A stretch of 64,000 nt of DNA. Origin: Mobula hypostoma. Its lineage: Eukaryota. The notes beneath the pieces are model-generated. The model was given only the letters and a program-made list of their open reading frames with translations. It did no database searches and was not told the DNA's origin. The DNA lies in contig NC_086108.1 in the NCBI RefSeq assembly GCF_963921235.1, positions 101,682,001-101,746,000 of the forward strand, in the 5' to 3' direction. Shown one piece after another: positions 26,510 to 38,953 of this stretch (position 1 is the first letter of the stretch; each line of letters opens with the position of its first letter). The translations under genes and the position numbers were made by a program.

Positions 26510-28010
26510 TGCGGACTGAACAAATTGATTGGGAGATGTGCGCAAGTGTCATAGCACAAAGGTTGTCTATTACCTGGAGAAAAGCAGTGTCATCGACTCA
26601 TATGTGCAGAACGCAGATTTGCCGGGTTTCTCTGGCTGCTTGGAACACACACGTATAATTTGACAACAAATATAAACCGCTAAAAGGGAAAGAAGAGACT
26701 TCTTATTCTTGGACCTCGCCAATGCCTTTGGGTCGGTCTCACATAACCTCCTGCAGGCGCCATTTGAATTCTTCCATGTACCAGTATGTGTTACTACCCT
26801 GGTCAAAACCTACTTTTGAGATCTTCAGTTCTCATTGATAACCACAGAGTACAACAGAGCCTGGAAGCCTGTGGAGGTAGGCCTAATGGCAGGTTGCACC
26901 ATCTCTCCACTGGCTTTTTCCATAGCAATGGAAACAATCATTAAAGCTTCTAAATGAGTGGTTGGAGGAGAACAACTGAAGTCAGGACTGTGCCTACCAC
27001 CAATCCGGGCATTTATGGATGATTGAACCATCCTGACAACTACCATCCCATGTACCAAATGAGAACCACCATTCAAACATCAAATGGGCCCAAATGACAA
27101 TTAAAACAACGAAGTCCAGGAGCATTTCTATAGTCAAGGGAAGGCTGGTTGACTATAAGTTCCATGTGGATGGGAAAGTAATTCCTACTGTGCCAGAAAT
27201 GCCAGTTAAAAGCTTGGTGCATTGGTATGATGTAAAGCTCAGTTATACAAATCAAGTGAAACATCTGAGAGAAGAAATCATCAAAGGGCTTAAAGCCATC
27301 TTTAAGACCTTGCTGCCAGGTATCCTCAAGCTCTGGTGCCTTCAATTTGGATTGCACCCTTGGGCGTCGTGGCCACTGACTCTGTATGAACTCCCCATCA
27401 CTCATGTTGAAACGTTGGACAGGACAGTTAGTTCCTTCATTAAGAAGTGGCTGGGCCTATCAAGATCATGAAGTAACATCCACCTGTATGGCAAAGGAGC
27501 TCTGGAGTTGCCTGTCAAGGGGCTGACTGAAGAGTTCAAGTGTGCCAAGGTGAGGCTTGAGATGCTTCTCTCAGATTGTCTAGGATACTGCATCCAGGAG
27601 CTTAACAGGGAGAAAGTGGTGTCCAGCAGAGTCAGTAAATCAGGCAAAAGCAGCACTCAGGTTTGCAGACATGGTGGGCTAGGTACAATCTGGAAGAAGG
27701 GGCCTTGGCACAGGCTCAAATAGGCCCATTTGGCAAAGGTGACAACATAAGAGCAAAGGTGAACTATGGTGCTGGAGGAAGTACAGCCACGGGAGCAGCA
27801 GATGAGGTTTGCAAGAGCAGTGTCTCAGGCAAAATAGGGACAATGGGCAGGAGGGAAAACTTCGAGAAAAGAAAATTCAGCTGGAAAGACTTATTGGAAA
27901 AGTAAGGAAGAAAGATTAGCTACCTTATAAAAGCAGTTTATGATGTTCTCCCAACTCCCAAAAATCTGAACTAGTAGCTCAGTGAAGACCCAGCTTGTCC
28001 ACTCTGCACA
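26510..28010 (+). mobile_element. Hero-like (R2-group, RLE-type) non-LTR retrotransposon RT fragment
   Basis: 'FLDLANAFGSVSH', 'MAGCTISPLAFSIAME', 'LPPIRAFMDD', 'KSRSISIVKG', 'KLWCLQFGL', 'KKWLGL', 'EEFKCAKVRLEM', 'YDVLPTPKNL'. Confidence 0.8.
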
Positions 28011-28722
28011 GTATTCCACGTGGGGTCTGACCAGGGTTCTACATAGCTGCAACATTACCTCTCTGCTGTTAAACTCAACCCCACAAGTGATGAAGGCCAA
28101 TGTACCGTATTCCTTCTTAACCACACAATCAACCTGTGCAGCAGCTTTGAGTGTCCTCTGGACTCAGACCCCAAGATCCCTCTGATCCTTCACACTGCCA
28201 AGAGTTTTACCATTAATGCTATATTCTGCCATCATATTTGACCTACCAAAATGAACGCCTCACACTTATCTGGGTTGAACTCCATCTGCCACTTCTCAGC
28301 CCTGTTTTGCATCATATTAATGTCCCGCTGTAACCTCTGACAGATGTCCACACTATCCACAACACCTCCAACCTATGTGAAAAGCAAATATACTAAGCCA
28401 TCCCACCACTTCCTCATTCAGGTCATTTATAAAAATCACGAAGAATAGTGGTCCCAGAACAGATCCCTGAGGCACACCACTGGTCACCAACATCCATGCA
28501 GAATATGACCCGTCTACAACCACTCTTTCCCTTCTGTGGGAAAGCCAATTCTGGATCCACAAAGCAAGGTCCCCTTGATCCCATGCCTCCTTACTTTCTC
28601 ATTAAGCCTTGAATGGGGTACCTTATCAAATGCCTTGCTGAAATCCATACACATTACATCTACTGCTCTACCTTCATCAATGTGTTTAGTCATATCCTCA
28701 AAAAATTCAGTCAGGCTCGTAA
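28005..28722 (-). mobile_element. CR1 RT fragment
   Basis: '[12 protein letters not shown]', '[10 protein letters not shown]', 'LVRPHVEYCA'. Confidence 0.88.
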
Positions 28723-29467
28723 GGAACATAAGTATGTGAAGAGCAAGAGAATGAGCTATGTGAGAATATTGGAAGTGTGTACATGGAGCCAGAGGAGGTA
28801 GTGGAGGTACTTAATGAATGCTTTGCTTCAGTATTCCCCTTTGATTAGGACCTAGGCAATTGTGGGGATGACACAGCAGACTTACAGCAGAATTTCAAAA
28901 ACATTCACCCATCAGCATCGAGGAGAACAGCTGAATAAACATAGAGCTTTCATGAAGAGCGACCGTCATGCTGGGTCCAAACTCTGCTAACCTGGCTATG
29001 CCATCATCCCCGTGGCCGCTGTAGCGAGTGAACACTGACCTCCTATGCATTCATCTTGATGCTTCAGTCTTTCTTGACATTTCAAAATGGAGTCGATCAC
29101 GGTCCTGCGCCTGATCTCTAGTCTTCTCCACGAAGCAGCTCGCACTCTCAGTGCTCTCCAGGGAGTATAGAGCGCTAAATCATTTGAACAAATTCCAAAC
29201 TGCACAAGCTTCAACAATTTCCGAAACACAATCAAGACAAAAAGAACAAGCAGAAGATGTAGAGAAAGTTAAATACTCAAAAATATTGGCTCTCTGCAAA
29301 ATGTCACTCAAGGAATTGTTGTTAACTTGCTCCATCTTGTCCGGATATCTGAAGTTTCTAAGGAAACTAAGGAGACTATGGAGACGCCAAAAAATAACCT
29401 CCATTACAAACTCTTAAAAGGTGGTATCATAAAATAAAGTAATGCAACCATTCCAGAAAATATTGAT

Positions 29468-29473
29468 TTTATT
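29468..29473 (-). promoter_or_regulatory. Putative polyadenylation signal of CLCA paralog B
   Basis: AATAAA on the minus strand about 260 nt past the stop; position conserved with paralog A. Confidence 0.6.
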
Positions 29474-29729
29474 TGTACAGAGCTACATCGAGATTATGCA
29501 ATTTTACAGATTCTACCCCAGGGAAAACACCACAACATCCTCCAAAAACAGTTGCACCAATCTAAAGCATGCAATCTTCTGGTCAACCCCAATAGGCTAA
29601 GCAACTAACTTGGACTGAATTTCCAAGGAAGGTCTTCCAATTATCTGGCAATGACTACAGATGTCTCAGAAAATCTTCACTCTGCAACAATAATAACTCA
29701 GAATAAAGTAAATGTTCAGATTAATGAAC

Positions 29730-30202
29730 TCAGCAGTTGCATTGTCTATATTCTGATGCTGCCTCTGGCAACCTCTTCTTGCATTTCTTCTTCACAACGT
29801 AATCAGTAATTCCAATAATCAAACATACAATTACTGCCACTAATACTGCAATCCAAATACTGTGCAGAACCTGTACTTTATTGTCCTCTGGTTCGTTAGG
29901 CAAAGACACAAAGAAAGGAACACTAGAAACATTGGACATCAGTTCATCAGGCAAAGGTACAAAGAAAGAAACGCTGGCAACATTGGACATCTCAGAAGAC
30001 TGATCTTTTTCATCATAAGCGTGTAAAGCGAAATAGAGCGTGGTTGTGTTTTTAAGTCCTGTACTTCCAAAGGTAATTGTAAATGTTTCTTTCAAGCCAA
30101 ACGGTTGCGGTTTCAAACTTGTCAAATTAACCTGTTCAGCTCCTGAGAAACTGTCCCGTAGCTGCAGCAGTTTCTCACTCATTCTCATCTCATAGTAGGA
30201 GG
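29730..30202 (-). CDS. CLCA: CLCA paralog B terminal coding exon (with TM helix)
   Basis: Acceptor tttatcag|CC (phase 1); (A)SYYEMRMSEK...SEMSNVAS...IWIAVLVAVIVCLIIGIT..KKKCKKR; stop TGA at 29732-29730. Confidence 0.92.
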
Positions 30203-30769
30203 CTGATAAAGAAAGGAAATACTGTAAGTGATTGCATTGACATATTGAACGACATTGGATCAATTGTGAGAATGTGGTGAGTGCACATGCAACAGGTCAA
30301 TCATGTGATGAATTGCTTGGACCTCCTGTGTTCAGAAGGCTCTGTCTATTCATGCGGGCTTTTGAGTGCATATGTTTCCATCTCAGTGGGCCCAGTTCAT
30401 CACTCCTTAAGACCATAAGACATAGGAGCAGAATTAGGCCATTCAGCCCATCGAGTTCACTCTGCCATTCTATCATGGCTGATCCCAGGTCCCATTCAAC
30501 CCCATACATCTGCCCTCTCACCATACTCCTTGATACCGTGACCAATTAGGACCTGATGATCTGATGAAAGTTCTCGGACTGTAGTGTTGACTGTTTACTC
30601 TTTTCTATAGATGCTGCCTGACTGCTGAGTTCTTCCAGCATTTTGTATAGGATATTTGGATATTTTACATTCAACTGAAGTTGTCATTACAAACCTTAAC
30701 AAAGTAATGCATTTTAACATTGAATTCTTATCTGTTCAATTATTTTTATTCCAGTTCAGTAGATTCAGA

Positions 30770-31090
30770 TTAGATTAGCTTTATTTGTCATATGTATAAT
30801 GAAATACCAAAACAGACAGTGAAATGTATCATTTGTGTCAAATCAAATCGGCAAGGATTGTGCTGGGTAGTCTGTAAATGTCGTCACATTTCCGGCACCA
30901 ACATCGCATGCCCACAACTCCCTAACCCTAACCATATGTCTTCAGACTGTGAGAGGAAACAGCAGCAGCCAAAAGAATCCCAGATGGTCACAGGGAATAC
31001 ATACACAATCCTTACAGGCAGGACTGGGAACTGAACCTTGATCAGTGATCACTTGCACTGTAAAGTGATGGGCTACCTGCTGCACCACAA
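30770..31090 (-). mobile_element. V-SINE-like element with (tctgaa/tctaa)n tail
   Basis: Minus strand: tRNA-like head 'gtggtgcagcaggtagc...ggttcagttccc', V-domain-like 'tgtattccctgtgacc...tttcctctcacagtctgaagacat', aataaa plus short repeat tail. Confidence 0.6.
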
Positions 31091-31879
31091 CACAAGGAGG
31101 ATTCCCTGCCTGTAACAATTCCAGCAGAAAGAGAGGCCAACGGTACCTACCTTAACTCCCTGGGCCACTGTGTGTGTGTTAGTGTGCACTGGTGGTCAGA
31201 GACAAAGAGTCAGTTTGTGATATTCAGTACCAGACATTGACTGGAACTGTAGTGTCCCACTGGGACCAAAGGCTTCATGAAATGTGAGAGCTGTGAAGGT
31301 GTAGGAAAGGGAAGGACTTGTATCGTATTCCCTGTGGTCATTGACTGACTGTGGTTTTCAATACTCACAATGTGGTCATAAAATATGCTTGGGTATATTT
31401 TGAGATCATGATTTATAGCAAAATATTAACTTCAGAAACCAATCTTCTGAATATGCATTGTAGATTTAATATAAAAATATACACCAGACAGACCAGGAAA
31501 CAGGCAGTTAACTAGTTGTCAACATATGTACGAATCTAATCAACATCACTTTGCAAGGATATGACAGTAATTAACAATTATTTTGACATGATGGTGGGAA
31601 GATCTAGGCATGAAGTTGTTGCATGTAGTTCAAAGAAAGCATTGTAAATTTGGATTTGTTTGTATTGCCCTGAATTTTTCTGTGATCTTTAGCACATAAA
31701 ATGTTGTGTAGAGTTGGACCAGGAAGACGTTTCCCCTCCAAAATAGTCTCCATTTGATGCCTGCTGTATCTCACTTTGTGGAATAAAGAGACAGCTTCAT
31801 TTCTACCAGTACTTCTCTACGGTGACTTCATTCCCACAGCAACAAAATTCACTTCAGTAGTAAAGGTACTGAATCAGGT

Positions 31880-33340
31880 ACTACGCACGCAAAACACTGG
31901 AGGAAAAAGGTAAATGGTCAACATTTTGGTCTGAGACCCTTTGTCAGGACTGAGAAGGAAGGGGTAGATGTCAGAATAAAAAGGTGCGGGGACGGGGAAA
32001 GAGGATAGTTGGAAGGTGATAGGTAAAGTGAGGTGGGTGGGAAAGGGCAGGAGCTGGAGAAGAAAGAATATGACTGGAAAGAACAGTGGACTGGAGTGAA
32101 AAAGAAGAAGGTGAGGATTCAGTGGATGTAATATGGAACTGAGAAGTGCAAGGTCAGATTAAGGAATAGAGGAAAGGGTGAGTGGGGGGTTGAACTTTGT
32201 TTGCCAGAAGGAGAAATCAATTTCAAGCCATCAGGTTGGAAGCTACCCAGGCAGAATATAAGGTGTTGCTCCACCACTCTGTGGGTGTCCTCACAGGGGG
32301 ACACCATTGATCGATATGTTGGAATGGAGATGGGAATGGATATTAAAAAGTTTGGTCACCGGGAAGTCCCACTTGTGACAGATAGTGCAGAGGTGCTCAA
32401 TGAAGTGATTCCCCCATTACGATGATTCTCACCAACGTAGAGGAGGTCATTTCAGAAACAACAGACACAATGGATGACCCTGACAGATTCACAGATGAAG
32501 TGTTGCCTGACCTGGAAGGACTCTTTGAATGGAGGTGATTAGGCAGGTTTACACTAAGGCAACTTGCAAGGATAAGTGCCTGGAGGAAGATTAGTGGGGA
32601 GGGATGAATTGACTAGGAAATTGAGAGGGAACAATATCTCCAGAAAGTGAAGCAAGGGAGCATGGCAGAAACTAAAGTTATGTTTAGTGATTAAATCCCT
32701 TCGGAAATGGCAGAAGTTACAAAGGATAATGTGCTGGATGTGGTGACTGATGGGGTGATAAGGTAAGGACAAGAGGGACTCTATCACTATTATGGCAGTG
32801 GGAAGATGAGTTGAGCGTGGACGTATGGGAAATGGAGGAGATGTGGGTTAGGGCAGCATCAATATTAGAGGGAGGGAAACCTTGTTCTTAAAAGAAGGAG
32901 GACATCTCTGATGTACTGGAATAAAAAGACGTGTCCTGGGAACAGATGCGGCTGAGGCGAAGAAGTTGAGAAAAGGGAATAGAATTTTAAGAGGAAATAT
33001 GGTGGGAAGGAGTATATCGAGATAACCTTGGAAATCAGTAGGTTTATAAAATATGTCAGTTGACAGCTTGACTCCAGAGATGGGAACACGGCTTTGAATA
33101 TAGAGTGTCGTACAGAGTCGATAAAGGGGCAGACATCACTGAGGCACATATGAATTCCCATGGCTACATGTCGAGTTTGGAGAATGTAGGAGGACCCTAC
33201 TTCTCAGTCTTGAAGAAGGATCTTGGCCTTAAATGTCAACTGTTTATTCTTTTCCATAGATGCTGCCTAACATGCTAAGTGCCTCCAGCGTTTTGTGTGT
33301 GCTGCTTTGGATTTCTAGCACCTGCAGACTGTCTCGTGCT
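31880..33340 (-). mobile_element. Penelope-like element; the counterpart of 4728-5990, so it predates the duplication; pseudo-LTR pieces at both ends in inverted orientation
   Basis: 'EQHLIFCLGSFQPDGL', 'GIHMCLS..CPF' (MG-box remnant); terminal segments 31885-31955 and 33205-33335 are mutually inverted. Confidence 0.85.
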
Positions 33341-33759
33341 TGAGCCAAGAGCAATTGGTAAAACCCGCCAGAAAGACCACTACAGAGACACAACTAAAAT
33401 TGCCACATTGAAGCTGTGTGTATGAACAGCAGGTGTTGAGAAGCATTTAGAACCTGTATTTCCCCATCTGGAATGTATCTCATTGTGAATATGTGAAACC
33501 CTTTAAACTAATATGTTATTGAAGATTACTTAAATATAACCATTGATCTAATGTTTGATCACAGGGAATGTAATTCATAATTATGATTTGGTAATATTAA
33601 ACTTCTTTTCAAACAGTTTACGTATATAGCATTGAATATGTGGAGAGAAATGAGATATATTGCAGTGTCAGATGTTATATGAAGATAACCATAAATCTTT
33701 CAAACTCAAATAAAGATATTCGATTATAGAATAAGGAATTCTGTTTCCTTTAGAGCTCG

Positions 33760-34000
33760 TACTGTAGCGTATTGATTAGTGTAATGTTATTACGACTCCA
33801 TTGACTGGGTTCAATTCTGCTGCAATCTGTAAGGGATTTGTACCTTTTCCCTGTTACTGCATGGGTTTCCTGTGGGTGCTTTGATTTCATCCTATACACC
33901 AAAGACATATGATAGATTAGTAGTTAATTGGTCACATATGAGTAATTGAGCAGCACAAGATTATTGGGGCAGAAAGGCCTGTTACCATGCTGTATCTCTA
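33760..34000 (+). mobile_element. HE1-like V-SINE with CR1-type tail
   Basis: 'gggttcaattc' B-box, V-domain-like 'ttttccctgttactgcatgggtttcctgtgggtgct...ccaaagacat', tail 'aaggcctgttaccatgctgtatctc'. Confidence 0.7.
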
Positions 34001-34177
34001 CATAATTTTTAAAAATAGGAATTAATTAAAGTTACAAACTTCAATTGTTCTTGTTCTTTCTTCCTGGGGGATGTGTTTTAATTGTGTCAACTGGTCAGCA
34101 GATTTCCCAACTATCGAATCACTTCATTGCTGGGAAGAAAAATTCCATGTAAGTTATTAAAACTCAGGAACATTTAC

Positions 34178-34405
34178 CTGTTCCTTGATCCAGGTCTGCT
34201 CCTGGTGCTGTCCACTGAAGCTCAATTTTGTCCTGATCTATGGTTGCATGAAGGTCTGTGACTTTGCATGGTGGAAAGTTGACAGTTGGTGTACCTGGTG
34301 GAATTGAAAGCACTCCTCCTGATTTCACCCTGCTGAAGATTCCTATTTGAGCTGCAGAATCTTCATTACTAACTGGAGGCCTTGGTGGATTTGTGTGGAT
34401 AACAC
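34178..34405 (-). CDS. CLCA: CLCA paralog B penultimate exon (228 nt, phase 1-1)
   Basis: ccacatag|GT...ACAG|gtaaat; (G)VIHTNPPRP...FSRVKSGG...FPPCKVTDLHA...LQWTAPGADLDQGT, matching the CLCA 'FPP..ITDL...LTWTAPG.D.D.G' motif. Confidence 0.95.
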
Positions 34406-34871
34406 CTATGTGGAAAGAAAGGAACTCAAATTGAAATTGGAATTGGTTTGTTCTCATCACATGTGCCGAGGTACAGTGAAAACCTTGTTCATACAGATCA
34501 ATTCATTACACAGCGCATTGAGGTAGAACAAGGTAAAATAAAGTCAATGCAGAATATAATGTAACAGCTACAGAGAAAATGCAGTGCAGGTAAACAATAA
34601 AGTGCAAAATTCTTCCAGAATCTTCTAAACGTCAGCCAACCCAAGTCTTAGGTCATCTTTGGCCTGCATAAGCTGCGACTTGAGCTTCCTTACTGGTTTA
34701 TGGATGGTATAAATCTGGTATTTTTTTCAGAATCTTAGTAATCCTTCCAGAAACTGTGAAAGCATATGAATGACAAGTGGTAGCGACAGGTCCCTCTTTG
34801 TTGTTAGTTTTCCTGGTTTTTCTGTTCATTGAGGGTCCAATTCATTTCCTTCACCTTGCAGCTATTCTTAA

Positions 34872-37055
34872 GGAACATTAACTTTGAGGAGATGCGAAAG
34901 GATTTAGAAGGAGTGGATTGGGACAATTTGTTTTATGGGAAGAATGTAATAGAGAAATAGAGGTCATTTAAAGGTGAAATTTTGAGAGTACAGAATCTTT
35001 ATGTTCCTGTTGGGTTGAAAGGAACGGTTAAAAGTTTGAGAAAGCCATGGTTTTCAAGGGATATTGGAAACTTGGTTCGGAAAAAGAGAGATATCTACAA
35101 TAAATATAGGCAGCATGGAGTAAATAAGGTGCTCGGGGAAAATAAAGAATGCAAAAAGAATCTTAAGAAAGAAATTAGAAAAGCTAAAAGAAGATACGAG
35201 GTTGCTTTGGCAAGTAAGGTGAAAATAAATCCCAAGGGTTTCTAACATTATTGTAATAGCAAAAGGATAGTGAGGGATAAAATTGGTCCCTTAGAGAGTC
35301 AGAGTGGACAGCTATGTGTGGAGCCAAAAGAGATGAGGGCAATTCTGAACAATTTATTTTCTTCGGTATTCACTAAGGAGAAGGATATTGAATTGTGTAA
35401 GACAAGGGAAACAAGTAGGGAAGTTATGGAAACTATGATGATTAAAGAAGAGGAAGTACTGGGGCTTTTAAGGAATATAAAAGTGGATAAGTCTCTGGGT
35501 CCTGACAGGATGTTCCCTAGGACCTTGAGGGAAGTTAGTGTGGAAATAGCAGGGGCTCTGACAGAAATATTTCAAATGTCATTAGAAACGGGGATGGTGT
35601 TGGAGGATTGGCGTATTGCTCATGTTGTTTCATTGTTTAAAAGGGTTCTAAGAGTAAACGTAGCAATTATCGGCCTGTGAGTTTGACGTCAGTGGTGGGT
35701 AAATTGATGGAAAGTATTCTTAGAGATGGTATATATAGTTATCTGGATAGACAGCATCTGATTAGGAACAGTCAACATGGAGTTGTGCAGGGAAGGTCAT
35801 GTTTGACAAATCTTATTGAATTTTTTTAAGAGGCTACTAGGAATGTTGACAAGGGTAAAGCGGTGGATGTCGTCTATATGGACTTCAGTAAGGCCTTTGA
35901 CAAGGTCCCACATGGAAGGTTGGTTTGGAAGGTTCAATTGTTAGGTATTAATATTGAAGTAGTAAAATGGATTCAGCAGTGGCTGGATGGGAGACGCCAG
36001 AGAGTAGTGGTGGATAACTGTGTGTCAGATTGGAGGCCGGTGACTAGTAATGTGCCTCAGGGATCTGTACTGGGTCCAATGTTATTTGTCATATACATTA
36101 ATGATCTGGATGATAGGGTGGTAAATTGAATTAGTAAGTATGCAGATGATACTAAGATAGGTGTTGTGGATAATGAAGTTGGTTTTCAAAGCTTGCAGAG
36201 AGATTTAGACCACTTAGAAGAGTGGGCTGAAAGAGGACAGATGGAGTTTAATGCTGATAAATGTGAGGTGCTACATTTGGTCGGACTAATCAAAATAGGA
36301 CATACATGGTAAATGGTAGGGCACTGAAGAATGCAGTAGAAGAGAGGGATCTAGGAATAATGGTGCATAGTTCCCTGAAGGTGGAATCTCATGTGGATAG
36401 GGTGGGGAAGAAAGCTTTTGGTATGCTGGCCTTTATAAATCAGAACATTGAGTATAGGAGTTGGGATGTAATGTTGAAATTGAGTAAGGCATTGGTGAGG
36501 CCAAATTTGGAGTATTGTGTCCAGTTTTGGTCACCGAATTATAGGAAAGATGTCAACAAAATAAAGAGAGTACAGAGAAGATTTACTAGAATGTTACCTG
36601 GGGTTCATCACCTAAGTTACAGAGAAAGGTTGAACAAGTTGGGTCTTTATTCTTTGGAACATAGAAGGCTGATGGGGGTCTTGACAGAGGTATTTAAAAT
36701 TATGAGGGGGATAGATAGAGTTGACGTGGATAGGCTTTTTCCATTGAGAGTGGAGGAGATTCGAACAAGAGGACATGAGTTGAGAGTTAAAGGGCAAAAG
36801 TTCAGGGGTAACTTGAGGGGGAACTTCTTTACTCAGAGAGTGGTAGCTGTGTGGAACGAGCTTCCAGCAGAAGTGGTTGAGGCAGGTTTGATGTTGTCAT
36901 TTCAAGTTAAATTGGGCAGCTATATGGACAGGAAAGGAATGAAGGGTTATGGGCTGAGTGCAGGTCGGTGGGACTGGGTGAGAGTAAGAGTTCGGCACGG
37001 ACTAGAAGCGACAAGATGACCTGTTTCTGTGCTGTTATTGTTATATGGTTATTAT
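34872..37055 (+). mobile_element. 5'-truncated CR1 (RT)
   Basis: ORFs 35270-35680, 35863-36129 and 36306-37019 with CR1 RT motifs; ttatatgg-type tail. Confidence 0.92.
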
Positions 37056-37139
37056 GCATAATTGTCTTATTTTCTCAGGAAAACTCTCCAAGTCCTAAAT
37101 AGTTTTTTCATGGTTAATCAAAGTTCTTCCGAACAACAA

Positions 37140-37785
37140 TAAGGAACCCACCACCTGTCTTCTCTGTATTTCCACAGTTTCTGGAAGGATCACCAGGTTC
37201 CTGAAGAAATACCAGATTAATACCATCCACAAACCCGTAAGGAAGCTCAAGTCACAGCTTATGCGGGTCAAAGATGACCCGTGATTCAGGTCGGCTGGAG
37301 TTTACATGATTTCTTATGAATACTGAGCACCATACATGGGCCAGGTGGGACACACAGTGGAAGCCCACATCAAGGAGTACAGAGGATGTATCCTTTTGGG
37401 TTACCCGGAAAAACTGGTGGTAGCAGAATACTGCATTCACAATAGCTTTGGATTGAATTCAATGGCACAAAACTACTGTGCTGCTTTGGGACCACCTGGT
37501 AAAGGAACCATTGAAATAAAACTAGAGGAAAAGAATTTTTGACAAAGATGAAGGTCTCGCTCTAAGTAAGAACTGGAATTTGATTGTAAACAAGGTGGGA
37601 GAGCAGAAACCTGATTGGATGATGTCAAACTAATCAGGAGGGATGAACTATGGGGGTATAATTACCACCGGACTAGACATACCTAAGCACCATACCTGAA
37701 GAAGATGGCAGAGTTTGTTATTCAAGCGCTGGTTATAATCGATGCGTATACCCAGCTAGAAGCCTGAGAAGTGTTTATTTATCAG
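37140..37785 (+). mobile_element. Second Penelope-like family (Poseidon-type GIY-YIG) fragment
   Basis: 'FLKKYQINTIHKPVRKLKSQLMRVKDD', 'GVY', 'YMGQ..HTVEAHIKEY.GCILLGYPEKLVVAEYC'. Confidence 0.72.
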
Positions 37786-37959
37786 GACCAGATGAGTTTG
37801 AAGGGATCATGCCAGTCAGTGCCCGAGTAAGCGGATGGAGAACATGATACATGTCATCGAGTGAGTCCAATACGGGACCACTGGCATTTCCAATTAGACC
37901 AATAGCATATTTTCAGAGTTTTACTGTTGGATCCAATGTCTGGGTAACATAGCCTTCAC

Positions 37960-38365
37960 AATGTATAACTTTGGAGTGAATGAGGATGAAGAGATGACTT
38001 TGACAAAGGTTTACAAGTTGATAAGAATTATAGATTGAGTGGATAGCCAGAGACTTTTTCACAGGACGCAAGCAGCTAATACAAAGGGGCATAATTTTAA
38101 GGTGATTGGCCTAAAGTTCAGGGGGGATGTCAGAGTTAAGTTTTTGACACAGAGAGTGTTAGATGCTTGGAACCCCCTGCCAGGGGTGGTATTAGAAGCA
38201 GAATCATTAGGAATATTACAAAACTCTTAGATAGGCACATGCATGATACAAAACTGGAGGGTTGTATAAGAGGGAGGGGTACATTCATCTTAGGGTAGGT
38301 TAAAAGGTCGGCACAGCATCGTAGCCCAAAGGACCTGTACTGTGCTGTAATGTTCTATATTTGAT
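37960..38365 (+). mobile_element. CR1 3' end fragment
   Basis: 'TKGHNFKV...FLTQRVLDAWNPLP'. Confidence 0.8.
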
Positions 38366-38785
38366 GTTTAGACACACCAGACAGTAATTCACATCAGCCC
38401 ACATATTGTAGACAGGCAGCAAGTAATCTGAAAACTATCCCATTAAACAGGGCAGGTGAAAGTGTGGGGTTTTGCTCTTCCTGATGATAAGTGACTGGAC
38501 AAGCACAGGTAAAAATGCTGGAGGAATGGGCACCAGTTCACACAAGCAAGCATACAATTCAATGGCTCACCCTGACATTACATCACAAAGAAGGAAAGGT
38601 TTAGATGAATGTAAATCAATGAAGACAAAAGGCATTAGCCCAGTCAGACAATTGGGATAGCATGGACAAGTTGGGCCTAAGGGCCTGTTTCCATCCTGTA
38701 TTGCTCATGATTCTCTCACTATAACCACTGCAATGACAAAAGAAACCTGTGTTGTCTTATTATGAAATGCCAAATATTTTTTTAC

Positions 38786-38953
38786 CATTTTCTGTGTATC
38801 CTGGTATGTACATGGCACTCCCATCTGTTCTGTTTGCCGTCGTGGTAGACCCTTCCTTTCCCTCTACCCGCACCTTGACGTTGTATCTTCCATGTTCATT
38901 AATGTTCAGGAAATACTTAGAGTAAACCCCATCATTGCTGACAATATCAGCAC
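38786..38953 (-). CDS. CLCA: CLCA paralog B internal exon (168 nt, phase 1-1); not in the ORF track
   Basis: cttttag|GT...AATG|gtaaaa; (G)ADIVSNDGVYSKYFLNINEHGRYNVKVRVEG...AMYIPGYTEN, matching the CLCA 'GAD....DGVYSRYF......GRY.VKV...YIPG..EN' motif. Confidence 0.95.

Larger units (their letters stand above)
29345..33655 (-). repeat. Inverted duplication right arm block A
   Basis: Reverse complement of 3790-7250, with arm-specific insertions (about 30410-30650 and 30770-31900). Confidence 0.9.

Noticed and set aside
28890..29340. Possible 5' end of an L2/Rex-like LINE or a short gene on the minus strand
   Set aside because: Only a weak resemblance with no diagnostic motif; cannot be supported without a search.
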